DNA of 64,000 nt from Tubulanus polymorphus (Eukaryota; Animalia; Nemertea), in contig NC_134027.1 in assembly GCF_964204645.1 (NCBI RefSeq), forward strand, positions 15,718,485 through 15,782,484. The letters run 5' to 3'. The translations under genes were made by a program, and so were the position numbers. The notes beneath the pieces were generated by a model that worked only from the letters and a program-made list of their open reading frames with translations, was not told the origin of the DNA and made no database searches. This document shows positions 36,736 through 48,276 of this stretch, in pieces. Position 1 is the stretch's first letter; the number at the start of each line of letters is the position of its first letter.

Positions 36736-37007
36736 AGTAATAGGGATAATGGGCTTTCATATCAAAGGTTGAAAGGGCTAGTGAGTAAAAAATGAAAAAT
36801 ATGAAAATAATAATAATTTCTATTTGAATTAGGAGTGAAACTCATATAAAATGAAAAATAAATTCGAGTGTGCGAGAATCATTTTTCATTTTATATGAGT
36901 TTCGCTACTAATTCAAATAGAAATTGTTATTATTTTCATATTTTTCATTTTTTATGAGCTCGACCTTTCGACCTTTGGTATGAAAGCCCATTATCCCTAT
37001 TACTACT
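36736..37007. repeat. ~270-bp foldback palindrome at the Polinton B terminus
   Basis: AGTAATAGGGATAATGGGCTTTCAT... (36736) is inverted at ...ATGAAAGCCCATTATCCCTATTACTACT (37007). The arms are ~125 bp. Confidence 0.9.
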
Positions 37008-38939
37008 GATAAAATTTTTTGTGTATGTTTGTTTACTATTGGGTTTTTGTTTTGTTCTGTGACTACACGCAAAAGCGATAAAATGGTCCGAGAGTGGTGT
37101 TGTAAGGATGCCCAAGTAATAGTTATGTGAGTTAGTAAATATGTTGTCAATTAGAGTGGCACTTCGGTGAGTGACTCTAGTTGGCAGGGTAATGAGTGGA
37201 GTAAATGAGTTTGTGCTAAGTAATTCGAAAAAAAGAGAGCTTTAATTTTCTTGATTTGTTTTTATCAGGTCAATATTAAAGTCTCCACAGATGAGGATAT
37301 CTGTATTCAAGGAACTGAGTTTAGCGATTTCCGTTTTCAAAGCTTGTAAAAATTGATGGGTGTTTGATGCTGGGGGTTTGTAAACTATTCCAATTATTTT
37401 CTGTGCGTGATTTTCATTTTTTTTCCAAATTTTGTAGAATTTCCATTGTACATTATTATCTGTTGGATTTGAGACGAAGTTACATTCTTTGTACTGAAAG
37501 GTTTTAGAAAGGAAAAGACCTATCCCACCTCCATGGGAATTTCTAGGTTCAGAGATGAAATTATAATTTTTTAGAAGAATTTGAGGTTCGATGATAGAGT
37601 TGAGTTTAGTTTCTTGGACTGCAATCGCGTCAAAAGATAATTTACAGTCAGAATTTAGAATGTTTAGTAAGTTTTGAAGATGGTTGAGTTTGTTCAAAAG
37701 TCCATTGCAGTTCCAGTTCAGGATTTTAAAGTCGGAGTTTTCATAAGGATGCTGTTGGTTTAAAGTTTCCAGATCATAGTAAGGGGAGCTGTTCATTTTA
37801 AGGGATTTTTCAGAGTCATCGGCATTTAGTAATGATGATAGATCTAGACTTTGATTGCTTACTCCATGGTTAGCGAGAATTTTGGATTTAAGATAATTTA
37901 GATTGTCTTGCAGAGAGGGGGTCATTACAAAGAAAGACAGTTAACACAAACGTACTAGTAATTAGCAGTAGATGGCGAGCTCGACTCATTGATGAATTAG
38001 TGTAATAATTAGGGGGTGACACATGAGTAGAATTGATAGAATAATAGTTGTTGTAGGTTGTTGATAGAGTAATTAAAAGCTGATAGTTAGTGTATGGTTT
38101 AAGTATTAAGGCATAGGGAAGAGACACAAGTTAGGTGAAAGATGGAGGATATGAAAATAGAACATAAGTAAATCACGAATATCAAACCATTATATCCATG
38201 TCCAAGTTCAATACTGATCAGTCCATAAATCGTTATTGTTTGTCCATTAGTCCCGAGTATTAGCGATTAAGTAGGTTCATAAGTAGAGATTTTAAGTCTT
38301 TCATATTCATGTTGTTTTCTGATCTTTGGACGTTTCTTGGTCGGCGAAGAGAAGACGGCGGATTTAGAGCGGATTTCCAGGCTAACGCTACCTTGTAAAT
38401 CGAATCCTTATTCACGTGTTTGTTGTCGTAGAGTTCATCACGAGAAATACGATGTTTCACAAAATTAACATTATTTGTCTTACTATAGTTTTCCAATCGT
38501 TGATTCATAGCATCAATTTCCTGATCGGTTTTGTCCTTTCGAGGAAGGAGCGACGCAATTTTCACTTTGGCGTTTGGCCACGTTTTTTTAACGGTCTCGA
38601 TGGATTTCTTCATCTCCTGGAGAACTTTTGCATCTGTTTTTGTGTCCCAATCGTTTGTACCGCAGTTGATGAGTACGGAATCAGGGCTGCACGGTTTTTC
38701 GTTATTCCTTGTCGTAATCACATCCTTAACGTCCGAAAGTGTAGAGCATGGATATACGATCGTTTTTCTGTTTTCCCCGGCTAATCCAGCTGGAGAAACA
38801 AATTTACGATTGCTGTCGGCAATGACGATACCAGTAACTTTGCGAGGTTCAGTAGATGCTAATGATGGTGGATTCTCGGATATTTTCTCTTCTTTAGTTA
38901 TTTTTTCCTTTTCTTTTTCTTCGAGAAGAGTTAATCTTA
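37008..38939 (-). mobile_element. 5' part of a CR1/L2-group LINE (SGNH-type ORF1 C-terminus plus AP endonuclease)
   Basis: ORF1 has IADSN, INCGTND and YDNKH motifs. The ORF2 endonuclease has ILNWNCNGL, AVQET, GGGIGL, VYKPP, GDFN, DNIFTN and SDH. It breaks exactly at the Polinton terminus. Confidence 0.9.
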
Positions 38940-39234
38940 GTTTGACTCACAACTGAGAGGTCGAGGGTTCGAATCCTAGTGAAACCATGCATTACCACAG
39001 TACAGCGCCGGCGCGCAACAATTGTTTTATTAATGAAACAACATGGTGGATAGTTGAAATTATTTTCGGCTTAAATTTATCGCGAGTTTTAGGACTTTAA
39101 TGAATTTCACGAAACCATGATTTCTAAAATGAGTCAATTGATTAATTCTATTCGTAAATCAATTTACGTTGGCTACATTTCCTGAAGATTTCGGGGTCAA
39201 ATCAACGTGATATGGACAGAAATTGTAGGAATTT
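38940..39234 (+). repeat. Dispersed repeat with part of a tRNA-derived head (matches 47873-48167)
   Basis: Near-identical ~295 bp with B-box GGTTCGAATCC. Confidence 0.8.
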
Positions 39235-39380
39235 TGGCGCTATTGCACTTTCGTACCCCCCTCCCAAAAATGTTTATTTTAGCATATTATTTATCAGTGA
39301 GGTCTTGGGAATAAAAATCAGTAATTTTTATCCAAAAAAAACTTACTTTTTTTGGGTCAAAATTTTAATATTTTGGGCCT

Positions 39381-41173
39381 GAATTAGAGCCGTTTTTCGA
39401 CCGAATGAGACGCCATATTGGTTTCTCCGACTCCACAGTCGTGCTAACTACCCCCGAAAACCGTCCTATGGAGCACTCCCACTTTCGGTCAGAGAAAACT
39501 GCGGGGTCGTGGTTTTCGGGAGTGTTACAACTCGTGTATTTTCATATGGATTATTTCAATGAAGCAAGCTAGTGGTTCAGGCATAGCCAGCCATTTCTTG
39601 GATATTTAGGTTGGCCCTTAAAAGGGCCGTTTTGACGGAAGGATGACAGAGGGACTAGACGACTAGACGACATAAAGATCAGTTGCTATCTGATTCCAAA
39701 AGTTGAAATAGGCATGATCACCAAAACGTTGGACCCACATGAATTCGGCTAGGTAATCGGGTATCATCGCGCGATTTGACGGACCAGCCATCGCTTTAAA
39801 TTTCGCCTTGGCTCGCTGCCACATCGCCTCCACACGGTTTGTCGTTACGGCTGTGGCTGGGTCGACGAAGTTGACCGTATGGTTGACTGTGCCGTGTTGG
39901 TACCCCAGCTGGCCAATCTGATTATATGCCTGCCACATATCAGACCATATGGTGGAGCCGGGACGAATCCATCGTTGTATGATTGGCAACAGCGTGGCAG
40001 CATCTCTCCTGGGTACCGGTACAAGGAAACCTTGTTTCGTCTCTGCCTCGTAGCCACCGAATATCCACTGCTCCGCCACGATTCGTCCCTGTTTATATTT
40101 TCGCCGAGCAAAAAGAGATTCGTCTATTTCTACCAGTCTACCTGGTCCACCAAGCTGTGTCGGATTATTTACGAAGTAGGGCACACAGACATCGCGGCAG
40201 AACTGATTCCAATCGACGATGGTATGCTCCGACTGTATTTCAAGCTCGTGCATGGTGTCGGCAACACTCATGCCACGGCTTGAACCAGCACTTCGGCTCC
40301 AGATGTAGGTGAGCCCCAGCAGCTGCCACAAGTGAAGATGCGACTTCTCGAAAAAACTCCCACGTCGAATACTAAAAACTCGCTTGCATCGTCGTGCTGT
40401 ACATCTCCAAGCCACTCCGTCGACGTAACGCGCCATACCCTGTTCTCGGCATTGGCCTCCGCAGTTTGGACACACCATATTATTCGCCAGCAGGCCATGC
40501 TGTCTACACCAGCCGATCGTGTGTTCTCTGTCATCCTTGAAATTCGCACCGATCTGAATCAACGAAACAAAGTCGAACTCTGCCAAATCTGGAACGCGGG
40601 CCATCTTCTCGCAGAAATAAGACGTTATGAACGAATTGAGCAGACCCATGACGACTTATATACTATTCACCCGTGAGAAAATCCAGAAGTCTCACGGCCA
40701 CCAGCACCGGGATTGCCTCATGTAAAGTCTTTGATCCTGGCTTGATTGACATGGGAACCAGTAACCCTTCCGATTTTTGTCACGTACGCAGAAGAAAATA
40801 CATTCAAATTAAAAAATAAAATGCTCTAATTGCTGCAGAAAAAGAATAAACAAGTAGATGATACAAATTATAGCTTTATTTATATTTTTCCAATGTATAT
40901 TACATATGTTCTATTTTTAAGAATCTGGTCACAGTCTGAAAATATCATAAACTCTAATTTAACCGATCCCAATTAGCAAACGATGCGTGGGCGGGTTGCA
41001 GCGCTTGACATGTGTCAATATGCGCGCGTCGCACGTGTCCGTTCGGTGACCGTAGCCGGAGCGCTCCATACGTGGGAGTGCTCCATAGGACGGTTTTCGG
41101 GGGTAGTTAGCACGACTGTGGAGTCGGAGAAACCAATATGGCGTCTCATTCGGTCGAAAAACGGCTCTAATTC
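39381..41173 (-). mobile_element. Merlin (IS1016/ISXO2-like) DNA transposon
   Basis: 102-bp TIRs at 39381-39482 and 41072-41173 enclose the transposase. No TSD is evident. Confidence 0.92.
39663..40649 (-). CDS. Merlin/IS1595-family DDE transposase, intact
   Basis: Zn ribbon CPNC...WRC...C, SIRRGSFF, VEIDES, IWSDMW.AY, VNH..NFVDP and TNRVE.MW motifs. Confidence 0.93.
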   Translation of the reverse strand: MGLLNSFITSYFCEKMARVPDLAEFDFVSLIQIGANFKDDREHTIGWCRQHGLLANNMVCPNCGGQCREQGMARYVDGVAWRCTARRCKRVFSIRRGSFFEKSHLHLWQLLGLTYIWSRSAGSSRGMSVADTMHELEIQSEHTIVDWNQFCRDVCVPYFVNNPTQLGGPGRLVEIDESLFARRKYKQGRIVAEQWIFGGYEAETKQGFLVPVPRRDAATLLPIIQRWIRPGSTIWSDMWQAYNQIGQLGYQHGTVNHTVNFVDPATAVTTNRVEAMWQRAKAKFKAMAGPSNRAMIPDYLAEFMWVQRFGDHAYFNFWNQIATDLYVV

Positions 41174-41616
41174 CACAGGGACTTGTCACGATTGATAATG
41201 GATGAGACCAATGATGGGGGTACCAGTATCCCTGCAACTGTATAATAAAATAACAAGGTTGGCAACAAATTTTCAATCTGACAATGACTTCTCCACTTCA
41301 ATCGACTGTAATTCCAAAAATTCTCAACCGATTCACATGAAATAAGCTTTAATACAACCTAGAAGACTTTCTGCTTCGAACGAGCCTTCAACCACCACTC
41401 TCCGATTATCTCACAACGAAATCACCTTTTTTGACGAGAGATAGCTCAAAATGGAGGTCTACCGATTCTATGGTGGACAGCAAAATGGTCGTTTTTTTCA
41501 CTTCAAACGATGATTTCTATGTGAGATCTTAGAGAAAACCCCAACAAACCATACATTTTTTAAAACTACGCGGTCATACCTGTACGCTTATCTCATTTAT
41601 TTGTATAATCCACGCG

Positions 41617-44600
41617 ATGTTAATCATTGACTTGTTTTGGAGTAAACTGAATAGCCCTAAAAATACCAATGCCACGTGGCTTGGTGTCTATGCTCTACGA
41701 GACTGTAGTAATAGATTTTCACAACAAACTCATGATTTCAAATAGTATCCTAAGATATCTATATATTATTTCGCTCCTTACCTAAGTAATTCTTACATTT
41801 GATTGCTTAATTACAGATGGAAAGAGGTCAGATGGCATGAAAATCGACTGTGGCTGACTAATTGGCGCGAGTAACCAAAATGCTTCAATCATCAGGGGTA
41901 GACAAATTAGCCGAAGATGAATGAAAACTTCACCTTGACGATCATCAGTTGATTTTGCTATAATTATTTGCCTGGATATATCCTTCATTTCAAAATCTGT
42001 CTTCGGTAGAATTTCTTTCAATAAAATATTTTGAATTGATCTTAAAACCAGAGAAAGCATTCAGAAATTTAGAAAATCCTTGACTCATAATCAAATTCTG
42101 TGAAGTCAGTTAAGATCTTTTTGGTCGAATCAAGCCGAGGGCTCAGGTGACTAAAACTCAATTCCTCACTGTCTTATAATGCCGAGTACGACGGAGTTTA
42201 CACACTGAAACACGTTGGGCTGTGTAAGTGTTATTTGGATAAGTCCACAATATAATGACCGCCCTGCCCCGCTGCATCTGAGACGTCAACAAGTTAGACT
42301 GTATTGCTTCGATGACAAACTGACTCCTACGCAAGATGACCATCCAATTCAAATGTAAATTAAGAAAGAAAACAACAAAACTAGTTGCGTTGATCAACAA
42401 AAATAAATCAATAATTTATTACGATACTTCAAATTCAAAGTAAGGATAGGAAAAAGTGAACAATAAGTGTGTTTGCCATGCGTCTTTGAATATTTCCCAA
42501 GAATGTCTTTGTCTGGCCACCACCTGCCTCGACGTCAGACTTTTTCAAGATTTTCGCTAAAAATACGAAACTAGACAAAATTGATGGATGGGAATCATAC
42601 ATGCTACATTCACTTTTACTGCGAACATTGGAATGAGCTAAAGCAATTTTCTAGGAGGAAAAATTGAGTCAAATGATGTTTCAAAATCTGGACGGGAAAA
42701 GTTTTACTGAATTGTATGGCTAATGGCAAATACATGTTTATATTGATAAGGTAAATATCTGTATAAAAGGTTGTATAGCAACTTGAATTGAAGGATTAAT
42801 GCAATAGGTCTCTTATTCTAAAAGACGAGTGAGCCATACTTACTAAATTGGTCATGTGAATCAACATCAAATTTAGAACTATCATCCATTTTTAGTTTTC
42901 AATCAAAGACTAACCTATGAAATAAAGTACATATTTTTCTGATAACAACCTGGAATAAATTAAAATAAATCTGAGGAATTCACCAAATTTCTGTATCGAA
43001 CCCCTAATAGGGCCTATATAACCTATAGATTGATACTTACATACGACAAATTGACGAAGAAACTTAATTTGACAGTATACAAACTCGCGGACAAACTCCC
43101 AAAATGAATCATGTCCTATTCACCTAGAATCAAACAAAATACAACTAAAAAATTCACAATACAGATTTTGGTTTCGAATCCTTCAAATAGCTGTTTACTT
43201 ACATGAAACGAATTATCAAACTACTTCTGCCGACAGCATACCAACTCGCTGACAAACCCCCAAAATGAAACGTGTCATGATAAACATCTGGAATTAAACG
43301 TAATAAAGCTACAAAATTTACAAAATGTCGGTTTCGAATCCCTCAAATAGCCTTACACTTACAAATGATGGATTATCAAACAACCATGAACTCCCAAAAC
43401 GCCACATGTCTTTGATAATCTACAGTGAAAACCTGGAATTAAATGAAATAAATCTTAAAATTCCGATTTGAACCCAACGTAGGCCCTCTCTCTACTTGTA
43501 GGCCTAAGATCTTGAAATAGGATAAATAATGTTATGATGAAAGAGGCATAATGGTTCGGAAAAAATTGAATTCAATATGGCTCTTGGCCCGGCAAAGTTT
43601 GCTTTTGAAATATCCTTTTGATTAGGCCTAGTTACACATTTTAAAAGCAAATTTCATTTTGCATCAAACTAAAAGCGGCTTTGTTGAGGAAAAGATTCGT
43701 TTGAATCGTAAAATTTATAGCCTAGAACCAATTTCTTGGTCAAAGCGTGATGCACAATTTTGACTGGGTCTTATTATTTCCACGTGGTAGTGGACAGAAA
43801 ATTTGAATAGGCCTAAATAATAGAATAATCTTTCTTAGGTTTCATGATAAAGATGTAGTCAGTAACCTGTCTGTGGTTTAGTTTCACGATCGGATATTTT
43901 CACAAACCACAGTCAGGAATGGGAAGGTCATTTTTGTATGAAATCTTCGTCAGCCAATTTGACTGACGAGTAATTTGCCTGGCATTTCATTGTCTCTTAA
44001 GATATCCGTCTAATTTTTGTTGTAATCGACGCACAACAGATTCGTAGTTTGTCTGATACCTATAACACCTAACCTGACGATCTTAATCCATGTGCAAATC
44101 GGCCGTAAAGTGAGAGTAAATTTCCGTCCAGTCAACAGCTGCCATTTTGAAAATTACTGGAGGTGCTGGCACCTGTGGACTGACGCCAGGACAACAGCAC
44201 AAACTAACAAAGCGAAACGACGAAATTAAAAAAAATTAAGAAATCAACACTTATTCACATTTTTCTTTTAACAGAAATGTATTATTTCATTATTTGTTAT
44301 GGAAAACTCGAAGATTTGAAATAAAAGTTGGAAAACCATCAAAAATAAAAATTGTCGTTTCGTCTTGGAAGTTTTATATAAATCCTTGTAGGTCCCCTTG
44401 TCTTATCATGCCACATGTGCAATACAGAGAAATGGCGGCCAATGGCGAAATTTGTGGAGAAATTAATTAATTTCTCAAAATAATGTTGATTAATCACTCG
44501 AAACATACATAAAATTGGATTATTTCGAAAGGTACCTGTGTTAGTTTGGGAATTAAGCCATTAATTGTGGACTGAAGTGAATAGAAAGTATATTTTTGAA

Positions 44601-45152
44601 GTGTTACTTTTTTCAACCGTGTTTTGGTCCTTGTCATCCCTAACGTTGGTATAAGCCCATCCGATTATAAAAAGCTTACCACCAACGATTAGGTAACTAA
44701 CTAGATAAAGATGCAGCATTAACATAGATTAATGCTTATCTTTTACAATTAGGCTTATGTTTCAAAGGAAAACGCCCACAGTTGGTCGAACAGGGGTTAG
44801 GCATTGATGGTAGAGGGGCTGTGTGTGTGCTGAAACAGAGATAAAAATGCACGGGAACGAGTTTGTCGAGTGGAGCTTATTATTCCATCAGGGATAGTGT
44901 ACTTATAGTCATGTTATATATCAAAATGTTCCTTATTAGTTCCGCTGCATCTCTAAAAACAAATTGAGATAGGTTTCCCTGCATTTTTTACATATTACAT
45001 CACTTACAACGATAAACGTCCGTCGCCGACTGGAAAATTCACAAAAACTTCCGTATTGAGAGCGCCACCGCACCAATTCAAATTGGATCGGAAACCCTCC
45101 AGCAATGCACTCTATGATCTTTAGAACCTGTCTTTGCTGACGGGGAATAAGA
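41617..45152 (+). repeat. First copy of a local duplication (second copy 48890-57641, interrupted by BEL)
   Basis: Near-identical sequence runs from ATGTTAATCATTGAC (41617/48890) to GGAATAAGATA (~45152/57641). Confidence 0.92.
43856..44703. mobile_element. 848-bp non-autonomous element with a 10-bp TSD and TAG...CTA ends (AcademH- or MULE-like)
   Basis: GATAAAGATG occurs at 43846-43855 and 44704-44713, with a single copy at the empty site near 57186. The imperfect TIRs are TAGTCAGTAACCT and TAGTTAGTTACCT. Confidence 0.8.
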
Positions 45153-45159
45153 TATTTCT

Positions 45160-45300
45160 CAGCTGGAAGGGGGCGGGGCGCAGCGTCACCAGGTCCCGCT
45201 CCGCGAGGAAGCTAGATTTTCTAAGAAATGAGTGCACGCGACGGCCGTGACCACTTGTTAGTGACGTCATCAAGAATGATGGCTCCGATGATCGCCACAT
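45160..45300. promoter_or_regulatory. Possible CpG-rich promoter-like patch
   Basis: GC box GGGGCGGGGC at ~45170 and CRE TGACGTCA at 45262-45269. No linked gene is seen. Confidence 0.2.
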
Positions 45301-47409
45301 CACAGGTTACTGTGAATAAATGGGATTCGACCATTCAAAAGTTCAAAATGTACTTTCTTGTTTTGTAAAACAAGTTTATTCATGTCGTTATATAAAGCAT
45401 TTTGTTTGAAACATTCTTTAATAATGTTTGTTGAGTTTAAAGCCAATTGTCGTTGTGTAATTCCATACTACTGGTCACTGACATCAAAGTTTTAGTTTCT
45501 GTTCACATGTTTCGACTTATAAATATCCAATTTGTATGTTCTATCTTTTAATACAGGCCATGTGATTAATTGCGTATCACTCCATTAGTTTAAAAAGAGA
45601 GCACATATTTCGATATTGTTAAATAATTAACTACATTTTTTTCTGTCACACGTTGATTTTTTACCCATCACTTATAAAATTCAAATGTACGTGATGTATT
45701 CTGTAAGCTATGTAAGCTTGTTCTTAAAAATACACTATGAATTTTCAATTTGTACTGACCATAATAGTTTTTTTTTCGTAAATAAAATTTATATTTTAAT
45801 TAAATAATTTCAAAATCTTTTCTATGCCCTCTGCAACAGAAAGTTACTAAGGACTATTACATATTCAGATGTACGTTGATAATTGATTTCAGTCGTCCCT
45901 TCAAATAATTATATGAACATTATTTCGGAAAATGCAGGTGGCGCACAATCATAATACATACAACTCATCAAGCTGACGAGTCGTTTCTAACCAATGTTAC
46001 AGACGGGTAACCAATCTACTCGACTCCACAGACAACTAAACGACCCGAGTAACCCCCAATTTGACTATAATTATAAATTATGTTATGTTAAACCGCATTG
46101 GTGTGACTTGACACATCAAATGCGTATCCCGTATTGATATATTTCTTTTATCCACTTTTCAAATTATGAATAGCACGCCTGTTCAGAAAACCCGTTATCG
46201 CTGCTTTGCAGCTATATTTATTTTTTTCCCTTTTCCACATAGTTTTTGTTAAAAGTGTAAAGGCTTCCTTACCTTACCGCTGTCGCCGATACAATCCGTA
46301 TGATATCCTTCAGCTCACTTCAATCTCCAGATACTGCATGGGAATTTTGATAAATCCACGTTATAAAGGCACTGTCGAGCCGTAAACGTCGGAAATTTGG
46401 CTCCGTTCAATTAGTAGCCATGTTGTGTTTTCTTTCCGAAATTTCTCTCTTCTTTATGAGGAAGAGCTATCGAATTATTCCCTCTCTTCTCCACAATCAA
46501 TTTCAAAGTCAATTTTATGAATTTATTGCTCAGCAGTTTACGAGTCCGGCGTTCGCGTGTCTGACAGGTTTACGGGCATTTGTTTGTTACCACTTTAATA
46601 TTTTTGATTTCTTGTTATTCCGGTTATTTCATTTAAGTATATTGCTGATCAGTTCATGTAACCAAAAGCGTCAATAAACAGATTTTGAATTGATCAAGTT
46701 TAAATCAAGGTCGTTGAGTCGCGGAGGGCTGCTAGAATTACGGCACAAGGTATATTTCTAAAAGGAAATATACTGCGACAGGTGGTTTTGCAAAGTCATT
46801 AAAAGTCAAGATCAAAAGCGTCTAAGGATACAATTATTCCGATTTTGGAGAGAGAAGTCATAAAGAATGAATAAATTAATGAAGATTAAAAAATCGGAAG
46901 TAATAAACGAACAGTTTAAAAGCGGAAGCACCCGTCGCGATAAAATGAAGATTTAAATAAATTACAAAATCATTATGAAAAACGAAACGAAAAGAAACAA
47001 ATGCTACCGTTGATAGTATTCACGTACAAATTGTAGAATGAGAATAGAAAATTTAATTGAATACAAGTCACGATGAGCAAAGAGATTTAGACAATCAATC
47101 CGGGGCTTGAAATAAAGAAACTGCTTAAAATGAATAAACTCGAATGCAAGATCTTTGCTTTCGAATGATTTGTTAATTACAAGGTAGACCTAAGGTTCAT
47201 ATAAATCTATATTTTTGAATTTTGAAATCAGGGGTTCTAAAAATAGTATTCATCATTAGCGGGACGTCGATTCAGCAATTAATTTTTCAGGGAAGAGCCA
47301 ATCAGCCTTCCAGAAAGGGAATGCGTGAGTGTCGCAAAAAATTATCTCATTGCTAATTTAAGTTGAATAATAACATGTACGTTGTTTTCTGAATACTAAA
47401 AGATTCTTA

Positions 47410-48167
47410 ATTAGGGTTTTCTGTTACATCACAGAAAACCCTATTGAGATTCGCGTGTTTCTTATTATTATTATTAGGGTTTTCTGTTACATCACAGAAA
47501 ACCCTATTGAGATTCGCGTGTTTCTTATTATTATTATTAGGGTTTTCTGACTTTCGTCGAAAACCCTTTTGTAATTCTGTTGATTGTTATTATTATTATT
47601 TACATATTTTCCACTTTTTTTTCGCACATAAAATTCATCTTCTATCAGATTCGACAACTAACTGCTTCTAATTGAAATGTAGAATTCTGATAGTAATATA
47701 ACACGCATTCGCTCCGCGTAGATTATACCTATGCACTCTCCGTCCTATTTTAAACTTAAAATTACTTACTGAAAGATAACACCGGATGATAGTAGCAATC
47801 GCGACTCGCCCTGTCCGGTACTCCCACTAACGATAAAAACAGCGTCCTGTCCTGTGGCATGGTGGATAAGGTGTTTGACTCCCAACTGAGAGGTCGAGGG
47901 TTCGAATCCTAGTGAAACCATGCGTTATCACAGTACAGCGCCGGCGCGCAACAATTGTTTTATTAATGAAACAACATGGTGGATGGTTGAAATCATTTTC
48001 GGCTTAAATTTATCGCCAGTTTTAGGACTTTAATGAATTTCACGAAACCATGATTTCTAAAATGAGTCAATTGATTAATTCTATTCGTAAATCAATTTAC
48101 GTTGGCTACATTTCCTGAAGATTTCGGGGTCAAATCAACGTGTTATGGACAGAAATTGTAGGAATTT
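47410..48167 (+). mobile_element. Helentron/HINE-like non-autonomous element carrying a tRNA-derived segment
   Basis: Repeated TTAGGGTTTTCTG...CAGAAAACCCT hairpins with (TTA)n tracts at 47410-47600. A-box TGGCATGGTGG and B-box GGTTCGAATCC at ~47854-47909. Confidence 0.55.
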
Positions 48168-48239
48168 CCACACGGAATTTTACTTCCGCGTTCAGTTGAC
48201 GACTCGTATCGATGACAACGACAGCGGAGTTTATGTATT

Positions 48240-48276
48240 CATAGAACTATAACGGATATTCCGTTATAGTTCTATG
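48240..48276. mobile_element. 37-bp minimal foldback element with a 7-bp TSD (P-element-like CATAG ends)
   Basis: CATAGAACTATAACGGA-tat-TCCGTTATAGTTCTATG, flanked by ATGTATT on both sides. Confidence 0.8.

Larger units (their letters stand above)
20719..37007. mobile_element. Polinton/Maverick (adintovirus-like) copy B, near-complete with the left end deleted
   Basis: Encodes pPolB, penton, MCP, A32/FtsK ATPase, rve integrase and HNH. The right terminus ...TATTACTACT (5'-AGTAGT on -) is at 37007. A 53-bp inverted remnant links 20719-20771 and 36554-36606. Confidence 0.95.

Noticed and set aside
39663-40649. Bacterial IS1595 contamination
   Set aside because: Long TIRs and a flanking eukaryotic TE context fit the eukaryotic Merlin superfamily.
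47844-47918. Functional tRNA gene
   Set aside because: A and B boxes are present, but the acceptor and anticodon stems pair poorly and the sequence is part of a dispersed repeat.
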